Positions 1 through 9,671 of a stretch of DNA of 53,163 bases are shown here, one piece after another. The translations under genes were made by a program, and so were the position numbers. Under the pieces are notes generated by a model that ran no database searches, was not told where the DNA came from, and saw only the letters and a list, made by a program, of their open reading frames with translations. This stretch comes from a virus. Taxonomy: Duplodnaviria; Caudoviricetes. The stretch lies in the IMG/VR virus record IMGVR_UViG_3300048574_000415, positions 1-53,163 of that record; one strand, given 5' to 3'. Position 1 is the first letter of the stretch, and every line of letters begins with the position of its first letter.

Positions 1-1461
1 TTATGGTCTAGCGAAGTCAACCAAATTCGAACTTTGCACCTCTTCAAAGGTGATATGCTTTATCCCCTCTTTGTAGTTAAATGTTAGTACCATCCTGTCA
101 TCGTACAGATAGATCGCGTTTACAAAGCAATCTATTAATCTTTGACACTGGTCTTTGTCGGAAACATCAATGCCCCTGAACTTATAGAGCCAGAACAATA
201 TCTGTTCCCGCGTCAGCAACGGCGCTTGTATTTCCTCCTGCATAATTGCTATCTCAAGGTCGCTCTTTTGTTCTTCAAGCTCATCCATCCTCCGTTTAGT
301 AGAAGAAGTTAAAACGCCCTGTTGAATCGCGTTAAGCAAATTCTCTATACCGTTCTCCGTGTCTGCAAGCTGCTTTTTTAAAAGAGGTAGTTGCGTGTTC
401 TCTTGTGATTGGAGCACGATAAGCTTATCCGCAAGTTGGTCCAGCAGAGTATCATTCATGAGTAGCTTCACTGTTTCGTCAATAACGAAATTTTCTATCC
501 ATTCTTTTTTAACCGTTTTCTTATTACAGCTTTTGGGCCTTTTCTTTGTGTTGGCGCACTTATAATAATGATAAACGATTTTCGTCTGGCTCGTGCCGCT
601 TTCGCCCACCATAAAAGCACCACACTCCCCACAGTGGAGCTTTGTCGTAAGCAGGTAGTCGTCCTCGGCTTTATGCCTCGCCGGGGCGCGGCGGTTCTTC
701 TCAAGGCGTTCCCGAACCTTGTCAAACAAGTCTTTTGGCACAATTGCCGGAATTCCATCCGGATTAACGACATTTCGATATTTATATTCACCGATATATT
801 TCCTGTTGTGAAGCATATGTGAAACAGTATTTAGGGTAATTCTTCCATTCCGCGCCGAAGAAATATTTTTTTCGTTCAGATAATTGACGATCTCTTGAAC
901 AGTATGGCCATCAGCATATTGGTTGAATACATTCAATACCACCGGCGTGGTTAATGGATCAAGCTGATAATATTGATCCGCGTCCACGGTATATCCGTAT
1001 GTAATGGTGCCGCCATTATATTTACATTTTAGGGCATTTTCCGTCATGCCGCGAATAACCTTCACCGCAAGTTCGGCGGAGTAATACTCCGCAAAACCTT
1101 CGAGCATGGATTCAAGGATAATGCCCTCCGGCCCGTCGGATATATTTTCTTTTGCGGATAACACTCGCACACCATTTTTGCGCAGAACATTCTTGTAATA
1201 CGCGGAATCGTATCGATTGCGGGCAAACCTGTCCAGCTTCCAGACAATCACCACATCAAACAAGTGTTTCGCGCTGTCCTTTATTAACCGCTGAAACTCT
1301 GGACGGTTGTCGGTTTTGGCTGAGTAGGCCCGGTCAATATACGTTCCGAAGATGGTTATTCCCTGTTTGTTCGCATATTCAGTGCACTCGCGTATTTGAC
1401 CTTCAATAGATTCTTCCCGCTGATTATCACTTGAATATCTCGCGTATATCACACCGTTCAT
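1..1461 (-). CDS. Large serine recombinase (resolvase + recombinase + zinc-ribbon domains)
   Basis: YARYSS catalytic motif, DRFARN, recombinase domain, CGECG...C zinc ribbon, coiled coil. Confidence 0.95.
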   Translation of the reverse strand: MNGVIYARYSSDNQREESIEGQIRECTEYANKQGITIFGTYIDRAYSAKTDNRPEFQRLIKDSAKHLFDVVIVWKLDRFARNRYDSAYYKNVLRKNGVRVLSAKENISDGPEGIILESMLEGFAEYYSAELAVKVIRGMTENALKCKYNGGTITYGYTVDADQYYQLDPLTTPVVLNVFNQYADGHTVQEIVNYLNEKNISSARNGRITLNTVSHMLHNRKYIGEYKYRNVVNPDGIPAIVPKDLFDKVRERLEKNRRAPARHKAEDDYLLTTKLHCGECGAFMVGESGTSQTKIVYHYYKCANTKKRPKSCNKKTVKKEWIENFVIDETVKLLMNDTLLDQLADKLIVLQSQENTQLPLLKKQLADTENGIENLLNAIQQGVLTSSTKRRMDELEEQKSDLEIAIMQEEIQAPLLTREQILFWLYKFRGIDVSDKDQCQRLIDCFVNAIYLYDDRMVLTFNYKEGIKHITFEEVQSSNLVDFARP

Positions 1462-1835
1462 TTCTTTCCCTCCTCAACCAAATCTAAGAGCATTTCTTTT
1501 AACCTTCTGTTCATAGGCGAGCCTTCCTCAAAACAGGCTGTGATAAATTCACTCCATTCCGCTTCCTTTTCCAGTTCCTTTTTTACCTCTCCCGGCTGGT
1601 AATCAAAATACTTTCCAAATGGTTTTTCTGTGCGGCAATAGATGTAGTCAAGGGATACGTTAAAATAATCCGCATACCAACGCAGAATATTGTATGGCGC
1701 TTCGGCATTTTCATTCTCATACCGATTCAGGCTTGACTGGGAAATCCCCATTTTGGCCGCAAGTGCAACCTGGGTGATATTTGCGTTATCGCGCAACAGT
1801 CTCAACCGTGCGCCTATAGTTTTTTCATTATTCAT
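1458..1835 (-). CDS. XRE-family HTH transcriptional regulator
   Basis: N-terminal HTH (ITQVALAAKMGISQSSLNRYE...FNVSLDYI); overlaps the recombinase start by 4 nt. Confidence 0.9.
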   Translation of the reverse strand: MNNEKTIGARLRLLRDNANITQVALAAKMGISQSSLNRYENENAEAPYNILRWYADYFNVSLDYIYCRTEKPFGKYFDYQPGEVKKELEKEAEWSEFITACFEEGSPMNRRLKEMLLDLVEEGKK

Positions 1836-1898
1836 AGCAATGCCGCCTTATGAAATTCTATAACAACATAATAACCTCTTTATCTAAATAGAGCAACC

Positions 1899-1926
1899 CT
1901 GCTATAGAATATTATTCTGCTATAGA
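1899..1926. promoter_or_regulatory. Candidate operator: CTGCTATAGA direct repeat x2 in the divergent promoter region
   Basis: Exact 10-mers at 1899-1908 and 1917-1926 between divergent regulators. Confidence 0.4.
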
Positions 1927-2019
1927 TATTAAAAAAATATTTCGAATTTCCCGGAACAATTTATATGTTCTGTTGACGTATCTAATTAGAACAACTAAAA
2001 TTGAAGAAGGGAGTGGCCT

Positions 2020-2934
2020 ATGAAGATACGGATATTATATCCCCAACAAAATAAAGCCGCAATCGTAGAACTCACAAATTTTGAGTTTTTGCCGCTTTTT
2101 TATCTATTCCCCGAAGAATTACTGAAAAAGGAATGCCCAAGCTTGGCAGGGATACCGCGCAGCGTCCACGGCATATTCACACAAAAAGAATGGATTGAAA
2201 AGCTCACCGGCGATTATTTTTTACAGGCAGTATGCGATCTGACCGCATACTTTGTTTGGCCGGCCTTTGGCATATCAACATATATGGAGTGCTTCTCAGC
2301 GTATGATCCGGTCTGGCGGCTTGCCCACGCCCTTCCAATCTGGCAAAAAGCGTTTGAGAATATGAGCGGCATAACACCTCAAAGCCTCGCCAATGCACTT
2401 AAAAAAGAACAAGAGTGGATAGAGCTAGATGAGTTCCAGAACATTTTTCTGCAAATTGGGCTTCATGGCATAATAGAAAATAACCTATTCCCTTGTATTC
2501 AGGCCGTGCGGGAAATGCGTTGCGCTGAGGATTACGACGTTCGCAATAGCAATGCAAAAATAGACTTCTATCGGAAATGGTATCATACCCGTTCAAATAT
2601 AACGTCAGTCTCTCTTGATTTTTTGATCGAAGCAAACAGAAGTGACCAGAATGATTCATCGATTCAGCTTAGCGATTATATCAGTGACTCAACCGCACAA
2701 TATGAAGATGCAATCTGTTCAAAATTAGATACCGAGAAGTTCTACCAAAACCTTACCCCGCTTGATCGCGAGATACTTGAGCTTCGGGTTAAGGGCTGTA
2801 CATATCAGGAGATCGCTGAGAAAACAGGTTTTAAAACGCACAGCGCCATACTGAAACGTATCAGCAGAATCACAGAAAGATATCTGGAATTTACCGATGA
2901 ACAGGAAGGACTACGTGAATTCCTAAACGGTTAA
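2020..2934 (+). CDS. Sigma-70 region-4-like DNA-binding protein
   Basis: C-terminal LTPLDREILELRVKGCTYQEIAEKTG HTH; good RBS. Confidence 0.7.
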   Translation: MKIRILYPQQNKAAIVELTNFEFLPLFYLFPEELLKKECPSLAGIPRSVHGIFTQKEWIEKLTGDYFLQAVCDLTAYFVWPAFGISTYMECFSAYDPVWRLAHALPIWQKAFENMSGITPQSLANALKKEQEWIELDEFQNIFLQIGLHGIIENNLFPCIQAVREMRCAEDYDVRNSNAKIDFYRKWYHTRSNITSVSLDFLIEANRSDQNDSSIQLSDYISDSTAQYEDAICSKLDTEKFYQNLTPLDREILELRVKGCTYQEIAEKTGFKTHSAILKRISRITERYLEFTDEQEGLREFLNG

Positions 2935-2949
2935 TATCATATTGTCACA

Positions 2950-2978
2950 GACGTTTCCCTAAACGGGAGGCGTTTTTT
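2950..2978 (+). terminator. Intrinsic terminator-like hairpin
   Basis: GACGTTTCCC-TAAAC-GGGAGGCGTT followed by a T tract. Confidence 0.55.
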
Positions 2979-3020
2979 AATTTCAAAAAAACCATTAAAA
3001 GAAAAGAGAGGTCACTATTT

Positions 3021-3905
3021 ATGGAATTGAAACTCGGAATCGACAACGGAAACTACAACACAAAATCCTCAGAGCGTATGCTCTACGCATCAGGCTTCAC
3101 GATGAGTGATAAGGAATTTATCACGGACGATATGCAGCTTTTTTATGAAGGTAAGTATTATGCTATCGGCGGGAAGCGTATGAGCTTTCAACAAGACAAG
3201 ACAAAGGAGGACGACGCCTTTATTTTATCACTTCCCGTCATTGCAGACGCAATGAAGCGGACAGATATCTCATCTGCTGAAATAGTTCTCGGCGTGGGAC
3301 TCCCCATCGATATTTACGGCACGCAGAAAGAAACCTTCCGAAAATACTTCCTGCGCGGAAGCGTCAGTTTTGAATTTGAAGGCATTTCATATTGCTGCCG
3401 GATCATGGACTGCAAGGTGTTTGCTCAAGGCCATGCTGCGCTCTGCAAATATTACCAGCCGCTAAAGGGATACAACAACATAACGCTCGTGGATATCGGC
3501 GGGTATACGGTGGACATTCTCACTCTGCATGACTTCAAGGCCGACCGTGGAAGCTGCGCCAGCCTGCGCATGGGCACGATTACGCTGTTCAATGCTATCC
3601 GGGAAGAATTGCAGCAGGAGAACATTATCCTCTCCGATACGTTGATTTCCGACGCTATGCAGGGACGCTTACAGCACGTGGATAAAGACAGGATTCAGGT
3701 TATCGTTGAGCGGCGTATGCGGCATTATCTCAGGGAATTGCTTAACGCGCTCCGCGAGCGCGGTCTTGATCTGAAGTTGCCCATGGTGTTTGTGGGCGGA
3801 GGTGCGGAATTGATCGGTAAGCGGCTATACTCAGGTGAGGTGAATACTATCGCTATTCTCGATCGTTTCGCCAACGCCGAGGGATATAAGCTCCTGTTGG
3901 GGTGA
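3021..3905 (+). CDS. parM: ParM/StbA-family actin-like partition ATPase
   Basis: Actin-fold motifs GIDNGNYNTK, VDIGGYTVD, FVGGGAE and ANAEG. Confidence 0.88.
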   Translation: MELKLGIDNGNYNTKSSERMLYASGFTMSDKEFITDDMQLFYEGKYYAIGGKRMSFQQDKTKEDDAFILSLPVIADAMKRTDISSAEIVLGVGLPIDIYGTQKETFRKYFLRGSVSFEFEGISYCCRIMDCKVFAQGHAALCKYYQPLKGYNNITLVDIGGYTVDILTLHDFKADRGSCASLRMGTITLFNAIREELQQENIILSDTLISDAMQGRLQHVDKDRIQVIVERRMRHYLRELLNALRERGLDLKLPMVFVGGGAELIGKRLYSGEVNTIAILDRFANAEGYKLLLG

Positions 3906-3909
3906 CGAA

Positions 3910-4203
3910 ATGCGTGAAAGACGATATCTGACGTTCGATATGGAAAACCCGCGTCACCGCGAGGCTTTCGTTCTTTTTTCGGCACAGTCCGGAAAGCGGC
4001 GCAGCGAATATGTGGTGGACTGCATCCTTCAGGCACGGCAGGAAAATCGTCTGGAGGAAACTATACGAAAGGTGTTGACAGAAGCGTTGAAGGACATTAC
4101 CTTACCCGCTCTCGCCATGGAGGGAAAAACGACAGAGTTACAGATGACGGAGAACCTGTCGGACCTGCCGGACGTGCTGCTGTCCTCGCTGGCCGAGATA
4201 TGA
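3910..4203 (+). CDS. Putative ParR-like centromere-binding protein
   Basis: Small ORF directly after parM with a basic N-terminus. Confidence 0.6.
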   Translation: MRERRYLTFDMENPRHREAFVLFSAQSGKRRSEYVVDCILQARQENRLEETIRKVLTEALKDITLPALAMEGKTTELQMTENLSDLPDVLLSSLAEI

Positions 4204-4353
4204 ACCATATTGGAGCATATTTCAACAATACGCAGCTGGAATTTGCACCACGATGGTGCATTTTTTTATTTTCAGCGAGTTGGTTTTGGGCGGGGATTTC
4301 GTAGAAATCTAACTGCCTTCCCAGCCTCGCAGAGCCCCGCGGGAGCGCCCACG

Positions 4354-4414
4354 GCACTTTGCAGGCGTCAGCCTGAAAGTGTCATAGTGGGTAATGCACT
4401 TCCTCCGGAAGTGC
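4354..4414 (+). other. oriT/RSA-like site of the MobV relaxase
   Basis: Inverted repeat GCACTTT-G-CAGGC/GCCTG-AAAGTGT, then ATAGTGGGTAAT (resembles the MOB_V TAGTG(T/G)G|TTA nick motif), then GCACTTCC-TCC-GGAAGTGC, just upstream of the relaxase. Confidence 0.7.
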
Positions 4415-4454
4415 CCGTCCCCCAGACGTCGATGATGAAAGGAAGTGATGCTGT

Positions 4455-5675
4455 ATTTCGAAGGTTGACCGCACAGTTGTGAGAAACAAAGCGTATCCAC
4501 GTAATAACTTCTCTATTCGTGAGCGTCACAATGAACGCAAAAATGAAATCTATTCAAATCCGGATATCGTGCAGGAAAGAAGCCACCTCAATTTCTCGTT
4601 CAAAAGCTGCGATGGCACATATACACAGGCATTTGATCAATTGCTTGAAGAAGGAACGATAAGCACACGCGGATTGAAACCGGATGCGGATGTGTTTGCT
4701 GAAATGGTGTTCGATGTGAATACTTCGTACTTTGACGAGCACGGCGGCTATGATTACGCAAAGGATTTCTTTTCCATAGCGTATAGGATGGCCGTGCAGG
4801 AGGTGAGCGGAGAGCAATATATTCTTTCGGCTGTTATGCACGCCGACGAACGCAACAAGAGCCTGTCAGAGGAGTTAAATCGGGATGTTTACCACTATCA
4901 TCTGCACGTAGTATATATCCCTGTGGTGGAGAAGGAAATACGCTGGACAAAGCGCTGTAAGGATAAGGCGCTTGTTGGCACAGTGAAAGAGGTGATCCAT
5001 CAGGTCAGTCACTCAAAAAAGTGGGCGTCTATAAAGGCTGTGGACGAAAAAGGCGAACCAATACGGGCCGAAAATGGTAAAGCCGTTCTGATACCATCTT
5101 ACTCGTTATTACAGGACAAGTTCTATGAGCACATGACGGAAGCGGGTTTTAAGGGCTTTGAGCGGGGTATTCGCGGCAGTACAACCCAGCACCTGTCTGT
5201 TCTTGATTACAAGATACAGCAGGATAACGAAAAGCTGGCACGCATCGAAAAGCAAGTGGATGAACAACAGAAGGAACTGGTTTCTGTATCTGAACAGTTG
5301 ACCGTAGAGCGCCAAATCAACAAAACGTTCCATGAGCTTGATGAATTGGGCCGGAAAAAGATGTTCGGCAAGGTTGAACTGGCCGAGAAAGACTATAAGG
5401 AGGTGATATCGCTCGCAAAGGAAGGCGTTCTTTCCCGCAGAAAGATATCTGATCTGACACAGCAGCTAGACAAAGCTACATGGCGTATATTTGATTTGCA
5501 TAGAAGTTGGGAACAACTCTATGAGCAGACAAGCGAATTCCGGCAGGCCTTAAAATTAGCCCCGCAGCGCGTGAAGGAAGTATTTGCGGAGATATTCTTG
5601 CGCGATAAAGAGGAACGAGAAGCGCGGCGTAATATGCGCCGCAATGTGAAAAATCGCGAAGAGCGCGAAAGGTGA
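4455..5675 (+). CDS. mobV: MobV/Pre (plasmid recombination) relaxase; probable ATT start
   Basis: RHNER, AVMHADE and HYHLHVVYIP motifs with a coiled-coil C-terminus. The frame extends to ATT at 4455 after an AAAGGAAGTGA RBS (track start is GTG 4479). Confidence 0.9.
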   Translation: MSKVDRTVVRNKAYPRNNFSIRERHNERKNEIYSNPDIVQERSHLNFSFKSCDGTYTQAFDQLLEEGTISTRGLKPDADVFAEMVFDVNTSYFDEHGGYDYAKDFFSIAYRMAVQEVSGEQYILSAVMHADERNKSLSEELNRDVYHYHLHVVYIPVVEKEIRWTKRCKDKALVGTVKEVIHQVSHSKKWASIKAVDEKGEPIRAENGKAVLIPSYSLLQDKFYEHMTEAGFKGFERGIRGSTTQHLSVLDYKIQQDNEKLARIEKQVDEQQKELVSVSEQLTVERQINKTFHELDELGRKKMFGKVELAEKDYKEVISLAKEGVLSRRKISDLTQQLDKATWRIFDLHRSWEQLYEQTSEFRQALKLAPQRVKEVFAEIFLRDKEEREARRNMRRNVKNREERER

Positions 5676-5736
5676 TCTTTGACAACTTAATATGGAGGTT
5701 AAACCGGTATGCAGCAGTTAAAAAGGAGCGGGTATC

Positions 5737-5916
5737 ATGTCCGCTGACAAGAAAATTCCCGATATTCCCCAGGATGTGATTGAATCTTTAGCAAGAACGA
5801 TACTCCCATCCATACGAAATTATTTCGACAGCGATGAAGGGCAACAGGAGTTCACAGAGTGGAAAAAGCAAAAGGACAACGAACAGGCAGCAGTGGAAAC
5901 TATTAAACCTAAATAA
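5737..5916 (+). CDS. Small hypothetical protein (59 aa, MSADKKIPDIPQDVIESLARTILP...)
   Basis: AAGGAG RBS; ORF just below the track cutoff; resembles small proteins that follow MobV in clostridial IMEs. Confidence 0.75.
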   Translation: MSADKKIPDIPQDVIESLARTILPSIRNYFDSDEGQQEFTEWKKQKDNEQAAVETIKPK

Positions 5917-5920
5917 CATG

Positions 5921-5956
5921 AGCGGGAGAGCCGAATTTTTCGGTTCTCCCGCTTTT
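5921..5956 (+). terminator. Intrinsic terminator
   Basis: AGCGGGAGAGCCGA...TCGGTTCTCCCGCT followed by T tract. Confidence 0.8.
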
Positions 5957-6146
5957 TCCTTTGGCAGGTCATTACTATTTATTGAATTTAGTTTTTACTC
6001 ATGCTAAATTAATATATATATTTCAATTTATTTAGCCATACAATCAATTAGCCACATAGGGGTTAAAGCATAAGTCGCAGGCAATCAGTGATTAAGGGCG
6101 CTTACAATACGCTATTCAATATTTGTGGAAGAGAATGGGATATCCA

Positions 6147-7580
6147 ATGGAAGTAAAAAACGATATAAAACGACAAATTTGTTTCAATAACCGGAAGTTA
6201 TCCATAGTCGTTGTCTCTCTTTTTTCTGCCTGGTTGCTGTCCGTTCCGTTTGAAGGCAGGATATTGTACGCTTTGTTGGATTCTTATTTGGTTCCCTCCG
6301 AACCATTTGTTTTAGGTGCTATGGCCGCTCACTGCGCCGGGCTCATCCTCTGTGGCATCTTTGTGAAAACAATGCGACAGGCCAAACGGCTGATACTCAT
6401 ATCCACTGTCTTTTGCATCGTCGCCTCCACCGCGTTCTTCTTCCCACCTTCGTTTTTATGGAAGGCGGCGCTTTTTTCATCTTCATTCCTGGTTGGCTGT
6501 TGCGTGGCGGCATGGGGCTATTTTCTAAAAAGCGGCACTCCGAAGGAGGAACGCATCAAAACCATCGCGGATATGCTTATCTTTACCTACGTTCTGTCGA
6601 TACTGCTTGGCAAGGCGGCTATTGATATTTCCTGTCAAATAGGGCTGGCGCTGTCAATGCTGCTGCTGGGCGTTGCCTTCGTGTTTGCGCTGAAGCTCCC
6701 TGAGCAGGATTTCTCAAAAAGACCTCCGCCCGCTCCGCCGTCGGAGAAGCCCGTGAGCATTAAAAAGCCTCTTGCCTTCCTGTGCCTTTTCATCCTGACC
6801 GTTGCGCTCAATGTGGGGCTAATGTTTCATGTGCAGGCTCCCGCTTTCGCACACCTTGAATGGCTGGCAGGCTGGTATTGGGTCGTTCCCTACATCATGG
6901 CTGTGCTAATTGTTCGCAACCTGCCGCGTAAGGTCAATCGCTCCTATATTCTCTATGCCAGTATTGCTATGACCGGATTCTCATTTATTGCATTTATTTT
7001 AATGGATCGGTCGGCGGTAAGTTACCTCGTCGTGGATACCCTGATGCTGGGGGCCTTTGGTATATTCAACCTGTTCTGGTGGACAATACTGGGTGAGATA
7101 CTGTCGTTTCATCAAAATCCCGCAAAGGTTCTTGGTATAGGACTTTCCGCCAATGTACTTGGGGCGATGATTGGTGCGATCATCGGAAACGCGGTGGCAC
7201 ATGGTAGCGGGCAGGAGCTTTTACTGTTGGCTCTTGGCGTGGTATGCGTCGCTCTTGTGCTGTTGCCTCCGCTTTACGCGCGACTTGCTATTCTGCTGAA
7301 ACATCATGCCTATATGGCGGCGTTTTCCGAGATACCGCCGCAGGAGCAAAAACGACTGATATGCGATTTTGGGCTCGAACAAAAGCTTACGGAGCGCGAG
7401 CGGGAGATTGCCTCCCTGCTGCTAACAGGTAAAACGTACCAAGTGATTGCCAAAGAGCTTTGTGTGAGTGAAAACACCGTTAAGACCCATGCAAAAAACG
7501 TTTACGCAAAGGTCGGAGTTCATAACCGGACAGAGTTGATGAACCGCCTGCTTAAAATCAAAGCTCCTTTGATTGAGTAA
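6147..7580 (+). CDS. Multi-pass transmembrane sensor fused to a LuxR-type HTH
   Basis: About 12 hydrophobic segments then LTEREREIASLLLTGKTYQVIAKELCVSENTVKTH; start may be 6123, 6135 or 6147. Confidence 0.9.
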   Translation: MEVKNDIKRQICFNNRKLSIVVVSLFSAWLLSVPFEGRILYALLDSYLVPSEPFVLGAMAAHCAGLILCGIFVKTMRQAKRLILISTVFCIVASTAFFFPPSFLWKAALFSSSFLVGCCVAAWGYFLKSGTPKEERIKTIADMLIFTYVLSILLGKAAIDISCQIGLALSMLLLGVAFVFALKLPEQDFSKRPPPAPPSEKPVSIKKPLAFLCLFILTVALNVGLMFHVQAPAFAHLEWLAGWYWVVPYIMAVLIVRNLPRKVNRSYILYASIAMTGFSFIAFILMDRSAVSYLVVDTLMLGAFGIFNLFWWTILGEILSFHQNPAKVLGIGLSANVLGAMIGAIIGNAVAHGSGQELLLLALGVVCVALVLLPPLYARLAILLKHHAYMAAFSEIPPQEQKRLICDFGLEQKLTEREREIASLLLTGKTYQVIAKELCVSENTVKTHAKNVYAKVGVHNRTELMNRLLKIKAPLIE

Positions 7581-7606
7581 TAAAAACACAAACAATTGCT
7601 CCCGCT

Positions 7607-7640
7607 GAGCCCTTCATCACTTACAGATGAGGGGCTTTTT
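7607..7640 (+). terminator. Intrinsic terminator
   Basis: GAGCCCTTCATC...GATGAGGGGCTTTTT. Confidence 0.7.
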
Positions 7641-7648
7641 GTATAAAA

Positions 7649-7692
7649 TCACCCGATTGGGTGACGAAACTCAAAATTCAAGTGCTTATAAT
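7649..7692 (+). promoter_or_regulatory. Palindromic activator box TCACCC-N4-GGGTGA plus TATAAT -10
   Basis: Perfect inverted repeat at 7649-7664, TATAAT at 7687-7692, no canonical -35. Confidence 0.55.
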
Positions 7693-7772
7693 GAGAGAGA
7701 AAAATTGAAAACCCCAGGCAAACTACCAAGTAATTAATCAATTTATTTATTTTACAAATATTGGAGGAGAAC

Positions 7773-9425
7773 ATGAAAACACGATTTTTAAGCTTTTTTA
7801 TTGGAGTCCTGATGATTATGGCTATATTCGGCATACCGTCCACCGCTATGGCCAACACTGCCTGGGACGGCAGCACACGGGATATAAGCTGGTATACAAA
7901 CAATACCTCGGCCGTGTATTACACTATCAACACAGGTGCACAACTCGCCGGGCTTGCGCAGCTTGTAAACGAGGGTAACGATTTTACCGGAAAGACCGTT
8001 GCCCTCACACAGGATGTCGATCTCGGCTCACACAACTGGACGCCGATCGGAACGAATGCCCATCGGTTCAATGGGACTTTCGATGGCAGCGGGAATGATA
8101 TTGCCGGCCTTTGGATCGGTACATCCGGTTCGCCTGATGCGACGCTGGAAGTCTTAGGGCTGTTTGGTAATGCTGGCGCCAACGCCGAGATCAAAAATAC
8201 CGGCGTTGATGCGGCCATTTATTCGTCTAAGAACAACGCATGTGCTGGCGGTATTGCGGGTGCAAACAGCAGCATGATCGTCAACTGTCATGTATCCGGA
8301 ACAATATCTGCTGGAACCGGCTGGACGAGCGCCGGCGGCATTGTGGGGTGCACTTATTCAAATGCGATTGAGAACAGTTACGCTACCGCTGCAGTCAGCG
8401 GCTTCGAGGCAGGTGGAATAGTGGGATGGGCTTATGGCGGCGCCATGAAAAACTGCTATGCTGCCGGAACAGTAACGACCGGAACCGCGCCGGGAACTTC
8501 TGTGTCAGGTGATGCGGGCGGCTTGATCGGCTGTATACAAAATAATAATTTTATTATCATAAACTGTTATTGGAATACCAACGCAATGGCAACAGCTGTC
8601 GGCTTGGGGACAAGCAGCTATACGTATAATATGGCCGGCCTGTCTGAGGCCGTAATGAAAGGAACGGATACGTCCAGTATTACGTATATCATTTCTCCGA
8701 CCAATATGAACTCTAATGCGAAGACCCCAAACGGAGATCCATATCCTTTTCTTACAGCCCTAAACGGTGGAAGGAGCGTAATACCTTCTATCGCGGACGG
8801 CACTCCGGTTGAGAAATGGATAGCCTCAAGCGGTGGGTATCCAATATTTGCCGCCACCCTGGCGGCGCCAGTATCGGTAAAGGTTGTCTCCGCATCTTAC
8901 AACAGCATCCAGATTACGTGGAACAACGTGCCCGGTGCAAGCGGCTACGAAATCTGCCGTGCCAACTCCAAAACAGGCGCCTACACCAAAGTCTATACGG
9001 CAATATCGGGCAGCACGGTAGTCTGCAAGAATACGTCTCTTACTACTGGCAAAACGTATTATTACAAGATACGTGCCTACAGGACAGTTAGCGGCAAGAA
9101 GGTCTACAGCAGCTATTCCGCGGTGAAATCCGCAAAACCAGTCCCCGCTGCGCCGTCAATCACCGTAAAACCGGTCTCTTCCACCAGCATCAAGATATCG
9201 TGGAAGAAAGTGTCCGGCGCAAGCGGCTATGAGGTCTGCCGTGCCAACTCCAAAGCGGGTTCCTATAAGAAGGTAACCTCCATAAATAAAGGCACAACAC
9301 TAAACTATACCAACAAGAGCCTGACGAAGGGCAAAACCTACTATTACAAGATACGTGCCTATAGGACGGTCAGCGGCAAGAAGGTCTACGGCAGCTATTC
9401 GCCCGTGGTCTCCGGCAAAACGTAA
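7773..9425 (+). CDS. Secreted GLUG-motif beta-helix protein with two C-terminal fibronectin type III domains
   Basis: Signal peptide, WTPIG...FNGTFDG, GGIVG repeats, two FN3 units (W..V.GASGYE...L..GKTYYYKIRAY). Confidence 0.85.
   Translation: MKTRFLSFFIGVLMIMAIFGIPSTAMANTAWDGSTRDISWYTNNTSAVYYTINTGAQLAGLAQLVNEGNDFTGKTVALTQDVDLGSHNWTPIGTNAHRFNGTFDGSGNDIAGLWIGTSGSPDATLEVLGLFGNAGANAEIKNTGVDAAIYSSKNNACAGGIAGANSSMIVNCHVSGTISAGTGWTSAGGIVGCTYSNAIENSYATAAVSGFEAGGIVGWAYGGAMKNCYAAGTVTTGTAPGTSVSGDAGGLIGCIQNNNFIIINCYWNTNAMATAVGLGTSSYTYNMAGLSEAVMKGTDTSSITYIISPTNMNSNAKTPNGDPYPFLTALNGGRSVIPSIADGTPVEKWIASSGGYPIFAATLAAPVSVKVVSASYNSIQITWNNVPGASGYEICRANSKTGAYTKVYTAISGSTVVCKNTSLTTGKTYYYKIRAYRTVSGKKVYSSYSAVKSAKPVPAAPSITVKPVSSTSIKISWKKVSGASGYEVCRANSKAGSYKKVTSINKGTTLNYTNKSLTKGKTYYYKIRAYRTVSGKKVYGSYSPVVSGKT
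8880..9420 (+). repeat. Tandem duplication of the FN3-coding unit (~280 bp)
   Basis: Near-identical DNA blocks such as CCGGTGCAAGCGGCTACGA/CCGGCGCAAGCGGCTATGA and TATTACAAGATACGTGCCTA. Confidence 0.8.
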
Positions 9426-9671
9426 GCTTTTGAAACAAAGCAAGCCATCGTGTGATAGTAAAGGGCTGAGCTCGAATATCAACAGCCCTTTATTTATTGG
9501 AAGAAGGTTTTGATTTGCAGTCTGAAAACAAAAACGTTTACAGTATTGGTGTTTATTAATATACTTGTTATATAAACTTTGATCATACAAACAATACTCA
9601 CTAGAATTTCATAAATATAGGTAATCCATTTCAATATCTTAACAAACATCTTTTGATAGGAAGTGTTCAGC

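Noticed and set aside
4210-4482. 90-aa ORF upstream of the relaxase
   Set aside because: Overlies the terminator and oriT inverted repeats; no RBS and not protein-like.
8880-9420. Repeat pair as a DGR template/variable region
   Set aside because: In-frame FN3 domain duplication; differences are not adenine-specific and no reverse transcriptase is present.
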